Sequence record: SRR31156797_1282
Length of the DNA: 64,000 nucleotides
Strand: one strand, 5' to 3'
Shown: positions 17,986 to 28,723 of the stretch, in pieces
How the letters are laid out: each line of letters opens with the position of its first letter
Numbering within the stretch: position 1 is the stretch's first letter
Position numbers and translations under genes: made by a program
The notes under the pieces: generated by a model
What the model was told of the DNA's origin: nothing
Database searches by the model: none
Seen by the model: the letters and a program-made list of their open reading frames with translations, nothing else

Positions 17986-19308
17986 ATGAAGATTCCCATT
18001 TCAATACTTGGTATACTTTTAAGCTGTTCGCTCCTATCTGTAGCACAAACACAGCCATACTCACTTGAAGAGTGTATTGAATATGCATTTATTCACAGCA
18101 CCAATATAGATCGTAGTCAGAGCAATATTGAACTACAAAATGCATATGTTGAGCAATCAAAAGCAGCACGTTTACCAAATCTACAATTTGGAATTAATCA
18201 ACAATTTTCCTCCACAGGAAATTACAACAGCCCAAACAATACCTGGGAAAGAACAGAAAATTCAACTTTAAGTGCCTCTTTAAACTCACAACTAACTGTT
18301 TATCAAGGAGCAAAAATTAAAAACACCATTACACAAAACAACTTGAATCTTGAAGCAGCAAAATTGGGCATGCAAACTGAAGAGGAATTAATGAGTCTTA
18401 ATATTTTGTCTTATTACATGGATGTATTATTGGCAAAAGAAAACCTAAGAAACAGCCAATTGCAATTAGAAGCTACGCAAGAACAACTGGTTTATGCACA
18501 AACCAGAAGTGAGGCAGGTGAGTTATCGCGTTCAGACTTACTTTACATAAAATCACAAATGGCATCACATAAAACATCCGTTATTGAAGCTAAAAGCAAT
18601 TATCGAATCGCGCTTGTTTCGTTGATGCAAATGATGAACATGTCAATTAACGATGATTTCGATATTCAGCAGCCTGACATTGAAAAAATTATCAATCAGC
18701 AAATTAACACCAATTCTGAACTGGTTTATAATGCTGCCCTGAGTCTACAGCCAAATATCCAATCGGCCAAACTGAATATTCAAAGTGCCGAGTTAGGAGT
18801 TAAAATTGCAAAATCAGCGGCATTACCTAGTGTAGTATTAAATGGAGGTGTGAGCACAGGCTACGGTTCAAACATAGCAAATATCAATTTAGGAGAGCAG
18901 TTTTCTCAAAGTGTAAATCCTTACATTGGGTTAAGCCTTTCCATTCCAATCTTTCAGCAGAAGCAAGTAAAAACGCAGGTTAAGGCCGCACAAATTCAGA
19001 CAAATTACACGAAACTTGATTTAACAGATTTGAAAAACAACCTTAGAAAATATATTGAACAAGCCTGTACCGATGCACAAACTGCACAAAGCAATTACGA
19101 AGCATTGAAAGAGCAACTGGAAGCAGAGCAAGAATCGTACGATGTTGCCAATGAAATGTTTTCACAGGGAATGATCAATTCCGTTGATTTTCTTTTAGCG
19201 AAAAACAATCTGATTATAACGGAAAATAAACTCACACAAGCAAAATATACATTGATACTTCAGAACAAAATCGTTGAATATTACCTGGGAAACCCTATTA
19301 AACTGTAA
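17986..19308 (+). CDS. TolC family outer membrane protein
   Basis: SLEECIEYA, ARLPNL, ALPSVVL, GLSLSIPIF; first gene of an efflux operon. Confidence 0.92.
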   Translation: MKIPISILGILLSCSLLSVAQTQPYSLEECIEYAFIHSTNIDRSQSNIELQNAYVEQSKAARLPNLQFGINQQFSSTGNYNSPNNTWERTENSTLSASLNSQLTVYQGAKIKNTITQNNLNLEAAKLGMQTEEELMSLNILSYYMDVLLAKENLRNSQLQLEATQEQLVYAQTRSEAGELSRSDLLYIKSQMASHKTSVIEAKSNYRIALVSLMQMMNMSINDDFDIQQPDIEKIINQQINTNSELVYNAALSLQPNIQSAKLNIQSAELGVKIAKSAALPSVVLNGGVSTGYGSNIANINLGEQFSQSVNPYIGLSLSIPIFQQKQVKTQVKAAQIQTNYTKLDLTDLKNNLRKYIEQACTDAQTAQSNYEALKEQLEAEQESYDVANEMFSQGMINSVDFLLAKNNLIITENKLTQAKYTLILQNKIVEYYLGNPIKL

Positions 19309-19327
19309 ACAATAAAACTGTATAAAC

Positions 19328-20620
19328 ATGAAAAAATTAAATAAAAAAGCACTGATTTATAGTTTCGCTTTTGTGGTCACAATCGGAATTTTGTTTCTAT
19401 TACTGTATTTTAAAAATGGAGAAACATCATATAATTTCAATACTTCAAAAGTAGAAAAGGCATCAATAAACACAACCATTACCGCAACCGGCACCTTAGA
19501 AGCAACAAATACAGTAGTTGTTGGAACACAAGTATCAGGTGTAATTGAAAAGTTGTATGTTGATTTTAATTCAGTTGTAAAAAAAGGTCAGTTGATTGCT
19601 GAACTCGATAAAGCTACACTGCTTTCAAGTTTGGAAAATGCTGAAGCTGATTTACTAAAAGCGAAAGCCAATTTTGAATACCAGGAATCTATTCTGGCAA
19701 GAAACAAAACACTTTACGAAAAAGAATTGCTTGCTCAAAGCGATTATGATTTAATTGTATACAACTACAAAATTGGCAAAGCCGATGTAAAATCAGCACA
19801 GGCAAATCTGAGCAGAGCTGAACGTAATTTGAGCTATGCATCAATCTATTCCCCAATTGATGGTGTTGTGCTCAACCGTGCGGTTGAAGAGGGACAAACA
19901 GTTGCAGCCAGTATGAATACACCTGAATTATTTACCATTACAAACGACCTTTCTACCATGCAAGTGGAAGCAAATATTGACGAAGCTGACATAGGCCAAC
20001 TAAAAGTAGATCAGCGTGTTGAATTTACCGTAGATGCATTTTCAGATCTTATATTTAATGGAAATGTAACCGAAATACGTTTGCAGCCCAATGAGTCTTC
20101 AAATGTGGTAACCTACACCGCTATCATTACTGTGAGCAATCCTGATTTGAAGCTAAAACCTGGAATGACAGCCAGTATTACCACCTACATAGAAGAAGCA
20201 AACGATGTGTTGGTAATTCCTTCTAAGGCCACACGTTTTATGCCCGAACGACAGATTTTGGAAGAATATATACAAAGTTTATCTATTGATGAACAAAAAC
20301 CGCCACATGATGAAATAACCGAAAATCAGCGGTCTGAACAATCAAAAGAACACCCTCAGGAATTGGATGAATCTCATAAAATTGTATGGGTTAAAGAAAA
20401 TCAGATTATACATCCTGTAGTTATAGAAACCGGGATTGATGATGGCTCAAACATTCAGGTCAAATCTGGATTAGAAGAAGGTGCACTTGTGGTTATCTCA
20501 TTTGAAGTAACAAACAGCTCTTTTAGTTCGCAATCAGCGTCGGAAGACAACGAACAAAAAAGCCCTTTTTTACAGGAAGGACCCAAAAGAAAAGGTGGTG
20601 GAGGTCCACCGCCCAGATAG
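19328..20620 (+). CDS. MacA-like efflux periplasmic adaptor
   Basis: VGTQVSG, IYSPIDGVV, NIDEADIG, LKPGMTA; C-terminus KRKGGGGPPPR. Confidence 0.93.
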   Translation: MKKLNKKALIYSFAFVVTIGILFLLLYFKNGETSYNFNTSKVEKASINTTITATGTLEATNTVVVGTQVSGVIEKLYVDFNSVVKKGQLIAELDKATLLSSLENAEADLLKAKANFEYQESILARNKTLYEKELLAQSDYDLIVYNYKIGKADVKSAQANLSRAERNLSYASIYSPIDGVVLNRAVEEGQTVAASMNTPELFTITNDLSTMQVEANIDEADIGQLKVDQRVEFTVDAFSDLIFNGNVTEIRLQPNESSNVVTYTAIITVSNPDLKLKPGMTASITTYIEEANDVLVIPSKATRFMPERQILEEYIQSLSIDEQKPPHDEITENQRSEQSKEHPQELDESHKIVWVKENQIIHPVVIETGIDDGSNIQVKSGLEEGALVVISFEVTNSSFSSQSASEDNEQKSPFLQEGPKRKGGGGPPPR

Positions 20621-20666
20621 TTAAAAAAGTCGCTTTAAAGATTATTGAAAACTTCATAACGAAAAA

Positions 20667-21419
20667 ATGGAAAACAAAGAAATTATATCAATAAAAAATC
20701 TGCACAAGCATTACCATGTGGGCGAAGAGACTATCAAAGCTTTAAATGGGGTAGATTTTTCGATAAAAAAAGGAGAGTTTGTCGCCATTATGGGTGCCAG
20801 TGGTTCTGGTAAATCTACCCTACTCAACATTTTGGGATGTCTTGATTTACCTACCAGCGGAGACTATTTACTAGACAATGTAAATGTAAAATCACTAAAC
20901 AGAAATCAATTGGCGACGATTCGTAATTTGAAGCTTGGATTTGTTTTTCAATCATATAATCTATTACCGCGCACATCGGCATTTGAAAATGTTGAACTAC
21001 CCTTATTATACAACTCTTCCATTAGTGGTTCGGAGCGTAAAGAGCGAGTTGAAAATGCCTTAATTGCTGTTGGATTAAAGGATCGCATGAAACACCTGTC
21101 TAACCAAATGTCGGGTGGACAGCAACAAAGAGTTGCCATTGCCAGATCGCTGGTCAATAATCCGGTGGTAATCTTTGCCGATGAAGCAACCGGAAACCTT
21201 GACACACGCACTTCATTTGAAATTATGGCGCTGTTTCAAAGCTTAAACGAAGGTGGAATGACCATCTGTTTTGTAACTCACGAACATGATATTGCATCTT
21301 TCACTAAACGTAATCTTATGTTTCGCGATGGACAAATTATAAATGATAAAGCGATCAATAATCATAGCGCAAAAGAAGCATTATTGCAAGTAAAAGAAAA
21401 CACTTTCGACCTTGATTAA
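20667..21419 (+). CDS. ABC transporter ATP-binding protein (MacB/LolD type)
   Basis: GASGSGKST, MSGGQQQRV, ADEATGNLD, VTHE. Confidence 0.95.
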   Translation: MENKEIISIKNLHKHYHVGEETIKALNGVDFSIKKGEFVAIMGASGSGKSTLLNILGCLDLPTSGDYLLDNVNVKSLNRNQLATIRNLKLGFVFQSYNLLPRTSAFENVELPLLYNSSISGSERKERVENALIAVGLKDRMKHLSNQMSGGQQQRVAIARSLVNNPVVIFADEATGNLDTRTSFEIMALFQSLNEGGMTICFVTHEHDIASFTKRNLMFRDGQIINDKAINNHSAKEALLQVKENTFDLD

Positions 21420-21438
21420 CAGCTAAAAAAATAGAAAA

Positions 21439-22659
21439 ATGAAAGTTATAAATCTTATAAAAATTGCATTATCCGCCATTAAACGAAACAAAATGCGTTC
21501 GTTTCTAACCATGCTGGGAATTATCATTGGGGTTGCTGCTGTAATTGTAATGTTAGCTATTGGTAATGGATCAAATGCCAGCATTCGCGAAACCATTTCG
21601 TCGATGGGAACAAACCTCATCAACATTATGCCTGCCAGTCAAAATCGTGGAGGAGTACATCAAGGACGTTCATCGTCGCCAACACTTGAAGTTAAAGATG
21701 TCACTTATCTTGAAAACAATAGCACGCTAATTAGCAAAGTTTCCCCCGAAATGGATGGAAGCGGACAAATTGTATATGGCTCAAGCAACTGGCCAACATC
21801 GGTTTATAGTGGGAATACAGATTATCCGCACATTAAAAAATACGAAGTTGAATCGGGTCGCATGTACACCGAAAGGGAGATTAAAACGGCGGCGAAAGTT
21901 TGTTTGGTAGGACAAACCATAATTGAAAATATATTTACCGATGGTGAAGATCCTATTGGCAAAACCATTCGTTTTAATAAAATTCCTTTAAAAATAATTG
22001 GCACATTAAAAGAGAAAGGCGATAATACCTTTGGGCAGGATCAGGACGATATGATTTTAGCGCCATATACCACAGTAATGAAACGCTTATTCAGACAAAC
22101 TTATTTACGTGCCATCGTCGTTTCTGCTCAATCAGAGGATCTAATTACAGAAACAAGTACTGAAATAACTGAACTTTTGCGCCTTTCGCATAAATTGAAT
22201 GAAAGCGAAGATGATGATTTTGAAATCAGGACGCAGGAAGAGCTGATCAGCAATTTTGGTTCAATTTCTGAAATGATGCTGGTTTTGCTTGGTTCAATTG
22301 CAGCCATATCATTGATTGTAGGCGGCATAGGCATAATGAACATTATGTATGTTTCTGTTACCGAACGAACCCGCGAAATAGGTCTCAGAATGGCTATTGG
22401 AGGAAAAGGAAGAGATATATTACGACAATTTCTTTTCGAAGCCATGTTGCTAAGCATTCTGGGCGGAATTATTGGCGTTGGCTTGGGTATTTTAGGATCT
22501 GGAGTTGTTGAAAACATTTTGTCATGGCCAGTCTTAATCACGACACAATCAATTGTATTATCATTCTTGTTTTGCACATTTATCGGAATCTTTTTTGGAT
22601 GGTATCCGGCCCGAAAAGCCTCAGCATTAAATCCTATAGAAGCGCTCCGACACGAATAA
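21439..22659 (+). CDS. MacB-family ABC permease
   Basis: RSFLTMLGIIIG, GGIGIMNIMYVSVTERTREIG, YPARKAS.LNPIEALRHE. Confidence 0.95.
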   Translation: MKVINLIKIALSAIKRNKMRSFLTMLGIIIGVAAVIVMLAIGNGSNASIRETISSMGTNLINIMPASQNRGGVHQGRSSSPTLEVKDVTYLENNSTLISKVSPEMDGSGQIVYGSSNWPTSVYSGNTDYPHIKKYEVESGRMYTEREIKTAAKVCLVGQTIIENIFTDGEDPIGKTIRFNKIPLKIIGTLKEKGDNTFGQDQDDMILAPYTTVMKRLFRQTYLRAIVVSAQSEDLITETSTEITELLRLSHKLNESEDDDFEIRTQEELISNFGSISEMMLVLLGSIAAISLIVGGIGIMNIMYVSVTERTREIGLRMAIGGKGRDILRQFLFEAMLLSILGGIIGVGLGILGSGVVENILSWPVLITTQSIVLSFLFCTFIGIFFGWYPARKASALNPIEALRHE

Positions 22660-22685
22660 TATTATTAACCTTAAACATTATCAAC

Positions 22686-23027
22686 ATGAAAAAACAAATT
22701 TTAATTGCTGTGCTTATTGGATTCATGAGCATAACTATAAACCCATTAATGGCGCAAGAAAGACCTGATGGTCCTCCAGGACAAGAACAATCTGAAACAC
22801 TTACTACTGCACAAGTAAAGAAAGTGAACAAGATTTTAGCAAATTATGATAGCGAATCGCTCACAGAAGAGAGTGCTAAAGCTATTATGCTAGCCTTTAG
22901 AAATGCTAAAATACCACCTGGAAAAGGAATTGAGAAGGCAGTAAAAGAAGCTGGATTTAGTTTTAACCAATTAAAAAAACTAGCACCTCCTCCATCAAGG
23001 CCAGAAGGTAGAAGAAGAGGTAATTAA
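22686..23027 (+). CDS. Small secreted helical protein with Gly/Pro/Arg-rich ends
   Basis: Real start is likely MKKQILIAV (ATG at 22686); signal peptide, then QERPDGPPG...PPPSRPEGRRRGN. Confidence 0.75.
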   Translation: MKKQILIAVLIGFMSITINPLMAQERPDGPPGQEQSETLTTAQVKKVNKILANYDSESLTEESAKAIMLAFRNAKIPPGKGIEKAVKEAGFSFNQLKKLAPPPSRPEGRRRGN

Positions 23028-23066
23028 AACTTTCATAGCTGATGTTTTGCAGACATCACCAAATCC

Positions 23067-23109
23067 GGAGAATTCCCAACGAATAATGGGGTAAGTTGGG
23101 AATTTCTCC
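23067..23109 (+). terminator. Hairpin after the efflux operon
   Basis: GGAGAATTCCCAAC...GTTGGGAATTTCTCC followed by a T-rich tract. Confidence 0.55.
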
Positions 23110-23206
23110 TTCTTTTGATAGGTTCTTCTCAAAAATATTAAGCTCAAAAAATCAAGGAATTGGATCAAATATGTGAACTGTTATTGAAAAACAATAAATT
23201 TGTATT

Positions 23207-24277
23207 ATGGAACGCTACAGAAAGAAAATAGAAAAATGGTTGCCGCATATTGTAGGATTATTACTTTTTTTAATACTCCCACTATTCGTTTTTGATAGCT
23301 ATAACGAACATGCAAAATTTTGGTTATTCAGTTATTATCACCAGCTTCTATTCATGATTGTAGCTTTTTATGTGAATTACCTCTTCATTACACCAAGGTT
23401 TTTCTATTTACGAAAGAAGCTAACCTTCTTTGTAATCATTTCTGTTTTTGCAATTTTATTGCTTATTATTTCACAATACATTTATTCAATTTTAGATTTA
23501 GACACTTTGAGACCGGATTACCCTGGAGTAAAACCAGCTCGACCAGTAAGTCGTTTTGGCTTACACCCAAAATTGTTCGACAGTCTCATATTAATCATAT
23601 TAGTGTTGGGTTTTAGTAGCGGAATTTCCATCGTTAACCGGTTAAGGAAAAATGAAGCGAAACAAAAGGAAATTGAAAAAGCCCACCTGGATTCTGAGCT
23701 CGCCTTTTTGAAAAACCAGATCAGTCCACATTTCTTTTTTAATGCATTAAATAATATCTATGGATTAATTGCCATAGATCAGGACAAAGCCCAAATCACT
23801 GTGGAAAAACTCTCAGGATTAATGCGTTACCTAATTTACGACACCAATATTAAAACTGTTGAATTACAAAAAGAGTTCGATTTTACATTAAAATATATTG
23901 AGCTGATGCAGCAACGATTAAGCTCAAAAATTAAGCTAGAGATTAATATTTCTACCCAAAATCCGGATGCTCAGATTCCCCCACTTTTATTTATTCCATT
24001 TGTTGAAAATGCATTTAAACACGGCATCAGTTACAGGGAAAATTCATTCGTGTCGATTTTACTAAAAACAGAAAATGATAAAGTTATTTTTGAATGTAAA
24101 AACAGCATTCCAACCACCAATGGAGAAAAAGACGATAGCGGCGGTTTTGGAATTTCAAATATTAAAAAACGATTAGCATTAATTTATGGCAACTCGTTTA
24201 AACTCAACATAAGTGATGTTGACAATATATATCAAATTAGATTAGTTGTACCCTTAAATAAGGATACCGATGAATAA
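23207..24277 (+). CDS. LytS/YehU-type membrane histidine kinase
   Basis: About 4 TM helices, LKNQISPHFFFNALNNIY, PFVENAFKHG, GFGISN. Confidence 0.92.
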   Translation: MERYRKKIEKWLPHIVGLLLFLILPLFVFDSYNEHAKFWLFSYYHQLLFMIVAFYVNYLFITPRFFYLRKKLTFFVIISVFAILLLIISQYIYSILDLDTLRPDYPGVKPARPVSRFGLHPKLFDSLILIILVLGFSSGISIVNRLRKNEAKQKEIEKAHLDSELAFLKNQISPHFFFNALNNIYGLIAIDQDKAQITVEKLSGLMRYLIYDTNIKTVELQKEFDFTLKYIELMQQRLSSKIKLEINISTQNPDAQIPPLLFIPFVENAFKHGISYRENSFVSILLKTENDKVIFECKNSIPTTNGEKDDSGGFGISNIKKRLALIYGNSFKLNISDVDNIYQIRLVVPLNKDTDE

Positions 24278-24995
24278 AATAACATGTATAGCCATTGACG
24301 ATGAACCTATTGCACTGGGAATAGTTGTTTCACATATAAAAAAGATTCCTTACCTCGAATTAATTGCAGAATTTGATAATCCTATTGATGCATCAGAGTT
24401 TATACAAGAACATACGGTGCAGCTGATTTTTCTCGACATCAACATGCCCGATTTATCCGGTGTTGATTTTGCCAGAACCTTAGATAAAAACAGCAAAGTA
24501 ATTTTTACTACAGCCTATGATCAATATGCTGTAGAAGGTTTTCAGCTTCATGCACTAGACTATTTATTGAAACCTATTAGCTATGAGATATTCGCCAATT
24601 CGGTTACACACGCCAAAGAATATTTCGACTTAATAAACTCAAAACCTGAAGATAAGCACATTAACACAGGTGAAGATTATTTATTTGTAAAAGCCGATTA
24701 CCAGTTGCACAGAATCGAATTTAGTGATATTTTATACTTCGAAGGGCTTAAAGACTATGTAAAACTATACATTAATGGAAAATCGAAACCAATTGTTTTC
24801 CACGCAACCATGAAATCCATTGAAGAAAAGCTACCATCAAATGATTTCATGCGCATTCACCGGTCGTTTATTGTTTCGCTGAATAAAATAAAAACCATCG
24901 AACGAGACCGGATTATTTTTGGAGATACGCGTATCCCTATAAGCAAGCAGTATAAATCTGATTTTGATAAGTTTGTGAAGAATAAATTCTTATAA
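24270..24995 (+). CDS. LytTR family response regulator
   Basis: IAIDDEP, FLDINMP, DYLLKP, FMRIHRSFIV; overlaps the kinase gene. Confidence 0.95.
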   Translation: MNKITCIAIDDEPIALGIVVSHIKKIPYLELIAEFDNPIDASEFIQEHTVQLIFLDINMPDLSGVDFARTLDKNSKVIFTTAYDQYAVEGFQLHALDYLLKPISYEIFANSVTHAKEYFDLINSKPEDKHINTGEDYLFVKADYQLHRIEFSDILYFEGLKDYVKLYINGKSKPIVFHATMKSIEEKLPSNDFMRIHRSFIVSLNKIKTIERDRIIFGDTRIPISKQYKSDFDKFVKNKFL

Positions 24996-25134
24996 CACTT
25001 ATTTTAGCACCTTCAGGTTTTGAACGTAAAAAAAGAAAGACCCTGCGTCTCACATAATTATTTCATTTATAACACTTAAGGTAAAATTTCTTCAATATCT
25101 TGTAAGCTTATAGAAACATAGTTCAGTCTCAGTA

Positions 25135-26598
25135 TTATAAATCATTAAGTGATTTATAAACTTCATCAAAAATTTCAGGTCGATCTGCCAGCACAAATAA
25201 TTTATCTTGTGTTTCAATTTTTGTAGATCCATTAGGTGTTAAATAGCAATCATCTCGCTTAATCATTGCTATTATAGCATTTTTAGGAAAACCTAAGTCC
25301 ACAATTTTTTTATCCACGGCATTGCAATTCGAAGGAATTAAGATTTCTTTCATTTCTGTTCTTGGATTTTCAGCTAAGAGCAAGTCAGTTGGAGACAATT
25401 TCTTTACGTTATCCGGCAAAGCCACTTTTAACCATTTTGCAACCGTTGACAAAGAAGTTCCCTGAAACAATACAGATGTTACTGAGATAAAAAATACAAT
25501 ATTAAAAATCATATTTGCTTTATCAATACCTGCCAAAAGAGGGTAAGTAGCAAAAACGATAGGCACAGCTCCGCGCAAACCAACCCACGAAATATAAAAC
25601 CGTCTTCTTAATTGCATTTTAAAGAAAACCAAGCTAATAAATACACCTATGGGTCGTGCTACAAAAATCAAAAACAATGAAATAACAAGTCCAATACCAA
25701 TATATGGGATTATTTGACTAGGAAATACCAGAAGACCAAGTGTGAGAAACAAAACAATTTGCATAAGCCATGCCAAACCATCGAACATTTTCAGAATGGT
25801 TTTCTTATGTATCAAATCCATGTTTCCTAAATAAACAGCACATATATAAATGGCCAGGAAACCATTTCCACCAAGAAAATCAGTGGTGGAAAATGTGATG
25901 AACATCAATGTAATAACCAAAACAGGATACAATCCTTCAAAATCAAGTTTTATTCTGTTAATTATAATCTTACTAAGTACCCCGAATCCAAATCCAGCAA
26001 TACCACCTATAATCATTTGCTGTAAAAACAAAGGCACTATAGATATAAAACTTTGATCCTGATTTACAACTAGTGTTAAAAACGCAATAGTAAGCACATA
26101 GGCCATTGGATCATTACTACCACTTTCCAATTCTAATGTAGGACGCAGGTTTGTTTTTAATGCCAGACTTTTCGAACGCAATATGGAAAACACTGCAGCG
26201 GCATCTGTCGATGAAACAATTGAACCCAACAGCATACTTTCATAAATAGTAAAGTCCGTTACAAACCAAACAAAAAGACCAAGCGAAACAGCAGTTAATA
26301 AAACACCTAAAGTTGATAATACAAGACCTTCTTTTAAAATTGGTTTAACAGAATTCCAATCTGTATCAAGGCCTCCAGAAAACAGTATGAAATTAAGCGA
26401 TACAATACCAATGAATTGAGCTATTTGTGGATTATCAAAATTAATACCCCCAATTCCATCTGAACCAGCCAACATTCCAATAACCAAAAAAAGCAATAAA
26501 GTAGGAACGCCAAATTTATATGAACTTTTGCCAACTATTATGCTAATAAATAGTAAAATAGAACCTACTAAAAGTATATTCTCAATTGTTAAATACAT
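25135..26598 (-). CDS. K+/H+ antiporter (NhaP2/CvrA type) with TrkA-C domain
   Basis: ILFSGGL, STDAAAVFS, LELESGSNDP, WVGLRGAVPI. Confidence 0.92.
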   Translation of the reverse strand: MYLTIENILLVGSILLFISIIVGKSSYKFGVPTLLLFLVIGMLAGSDGIGGINFDNPQIAQFIGIVSLNFILFSGGLDTDWNSVKPILKEGLVLSTLGVLLTAVSLGLFVWFVTDFTIYESMLLGSIVSSTDAAAVFSILRSKSLALKTNLRPTLELESGSNDPMAYVLTIAFLTLVVNQDQSFISIVPLFLQQMIIGGIAGFGFGVLSKIIINRIKLDFEGLYPVLVITLMFITFSTTDFLGGNGFLAIYICAVYLGNMDLIHKKTILKMFDGLAWLMQIVLFLTLGLLVFPSQIIPYIGIGLVISLFLIFVARPIGVFISLVFFKMQLRRRFYISWVGLRGAVPIVFATYPLLAGIDKANMIFNIVFFISVTSVLFQGTSLSTVAKWLKVALPDNVKKLSPTDLLLAENPRTEMKEILIPSNCNAVDKKIVDLGFPKNAIIAMIKRDDCYLTPNGSTKIETQDKLFVLADRPEIFDEVYKSLNDL

Positions 26599-26886
26599 TT
26601 GTAATTCGTTAATTAGTTAACTAAACAAAGATACGGTTCTTCAAGTAAAATCCTTTAAACTAATTTTTCGTTTTATTGTAAAAATTTCATTTCTAAAAAG
26701 CTTTATTTCAGTTACCCGTTAACAATAGAACCAACAATGAACTTTATGACAATAACTATTTAAACGAACAATATCTGCTCAGTTAAAGAAAATAAACAGA
26801 ATACACCTTCAGTTTATGTATACAAAGGAAACAGTATTAAAATTTACTTATCACAGACCTGCACAAGTGGTACATAATTATTATAA

Positions 26887-27399
26887 CTAGTCCAATATCT
26901 CCACACCCCTTGTTGTAAAAGATAATCCTTGCTGCCCGTATGTTGAAATCATAACGGCTTCAAACAATGGTGGATTTTTATCATCTAGTTTTGTCCATTC
27001 AAATACAAAGTTAGCACCTGAACCGCCCTCTATATCTTTTTCACTAATAATGATTTCAATGGTTTCCAAAGGACTTAAATAAATTGGGGTTTCAAGATAT
27101 TTTCTAATTTTATCTCCAATGGTATTATAATAATCTGCTTTTAAAATATAAACTGTGTCGGTTAGTGAAACATTCCTAATACTTGCTGTAATAGTAAGAT
27201 CAAATGTGCGATGCTCGTGAATATGATAAATATGAGAATAAACTGGTAAATAAGTTTTCCCGTGGAAATAGTCATCGAAATTCTCAATATTGGTTTCTTT
27301 ACTTTTCCAATCAGCCTGTTGAATAGGATATTTATCGGTTTCTTTGCTGCAAGCAATAAAAATAATAGTAAAGAATGTTAAAAAGAATATTTTTTTCAT
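26887..27399 (-). CDS. DUF3124-like lipoprotein
   Basis: FIAC lipobox; YLPVYSHIY, SIRN, GGSGANFV, PLFEAVMI. Confidence 0.8.
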   Translation of the reverse strand: MKKIFFLTFFTIIFIACSKETDKYPIQQADWKSKETNIENFDDYFHGKTYLPVYSHIYHIHEHRTFDLTITASIRNVSLTDTVYILKADYYNTIGDKIRKYLETPIYLSPLETIEIIISEKDIEGGSGANFVFEWTKLDDKNPPLFEAVMISTYGQQGLSFTTRGVEILD

Positions 27400-27616
27400 C
27401 TAAGTAGCTTTTAATTTCCAGATAATAAAATTACAATAATAAATCTTTAAATAGCAATTATAAATTTTAGAATGAGCATAAAAAATCACCAAAAGAAAAA
27501 TTATCTACATCCAATTACCAAAATTCAATAACTAGATATTTAATATCGATTTAAATAAATACCAACCAACTAATAAAGGACACACTACATTCTCCTAAAT
27601 ACTTAGAAATACAAAT

Positions 27617-28621
27617 TTATTCTTGTTTCATAAATTTAAGCAACGGACTGATAAAGCTTTCAAATTTCTCAATATGTGGTAGATGTCCAACATTTTCAAT
27701 TTCAACTAACTGAGCATTAGTTATCTTTTTTTGCGTTTCTTTTCCTAGTTTGCTATACAATCCCATTGTTTTTCTAACTTCTTCAGAAACTAAAGGCTTC
27801 CCGAGTGCCGTTCTGTCTCTTGTACCAATTATTAATAAAACAGGGACGTTAATATTTTTGAACTCGTAAACAACAGGTTGCGTAAAAATCATATCGTAAG
27901 TAAGTGCCGCATTCCAGGCTATTCTTTCATAGTCTGAATTCAATGTCCAACCAGATAATAAATTTACCCATTGATCGTATTCAGGTTTCCATTTATTATC
28001 ATAGTAATTTACCAATTGATATTTCCTAATTCCATCGTAGGATTTTTTGAGCTCTCTATTAAACCACCACTCAACAGGTTTGTATGGCACCTTAAGTTTC
28101 CAATCTTCTAAACCAATAGGATTTTCTAAAATTAGTTTTTCAGTGGTATTAGGAAACATTAAGGTAAAACGAGTAGCCAGCATACCACCCATAGAGTGAC
28201 CTAAAATCATAGTTTCATTTACATTTAATGTATCGAGCAATTGTTTTGTATTGTGTGCCAACTGTTGAAACGTATAATGAAAATGTGCAGGTTTTGAAGA
28301 TTTCCCAAAACCAATTTGGTCGGGCACAATTACTCTATATCCTTCTTTAGTTAATGCTTCTATAGTTGTTTCCCAATAAGCTCCGTTAAAATTTTTACCA
28401 TGAAAAAGCACAATGCTTTTGCCATTGTAATTTTCGGGCTGTACATCCATGTAAGCCATTTTTAAACTTTGTCCTTGAATGTTAAGTTGTAAAATATTTA
28501 CAGGATGCGGATATTCATAGTTTGCCAATTCAATATCCAACCATTGTAACTTATTTACTTGTGCCTGCGAAAATTGAATTGAAATAAATGTCAATACTGT
28601 GATTATTAATATATTTTTCAT
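27617..28621 (-). CDS. Secreted alpha/beta hydrolase
   Basis: HGKNF, PDQIGFGKS, GHSMGG nucleophile elbow, GHLPH. Confidence 0.92.
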   Translation of the reverse strand: MKNILIITVLTFISIQFSQAQVNKLQWLDIELANYEYPHPVNILQLNIQGQSLKMAYMDVQPENYNGKSIVLFHGKNFNGAYWETTIEALTKEGYRVIVPDQIGFGKSSKPAHFHYTFQQLAHNTKQLLDTLNVNETMILGHSMGGMLATRFTLMFPNTTEKLILENPIGLEDWKLKVPYKPVEWWFNRELKKSYDGIRKYQLVNYYDNKWKPEYDQWVNLLSGWTLNSDYERIAWNAALTYDMIFTQPVVYEFKNINVPVLLIIGTRDRTALGKPLVSEEVRKTMGLYSKLGKETQKKITNAQLVEIENVGHLPHIEKFESFISPLLKFMKQE

Positions 28622-28723
28622 TTTTTATTTCGTTTGGAGCCAAAACATTATCAAACGTTATTAAAATTTGTTTGATTATCTTTTGCCTTGTTAACTTTAT
28701 ATGTTTATAACTACTGGCAGTGA

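Noticed and set aside
22524-22685. N-terminal extension of the 167-aa ORF
   Set aside because: It overlaps the permease; a clean signal peptide begins at the ATG at 22686.
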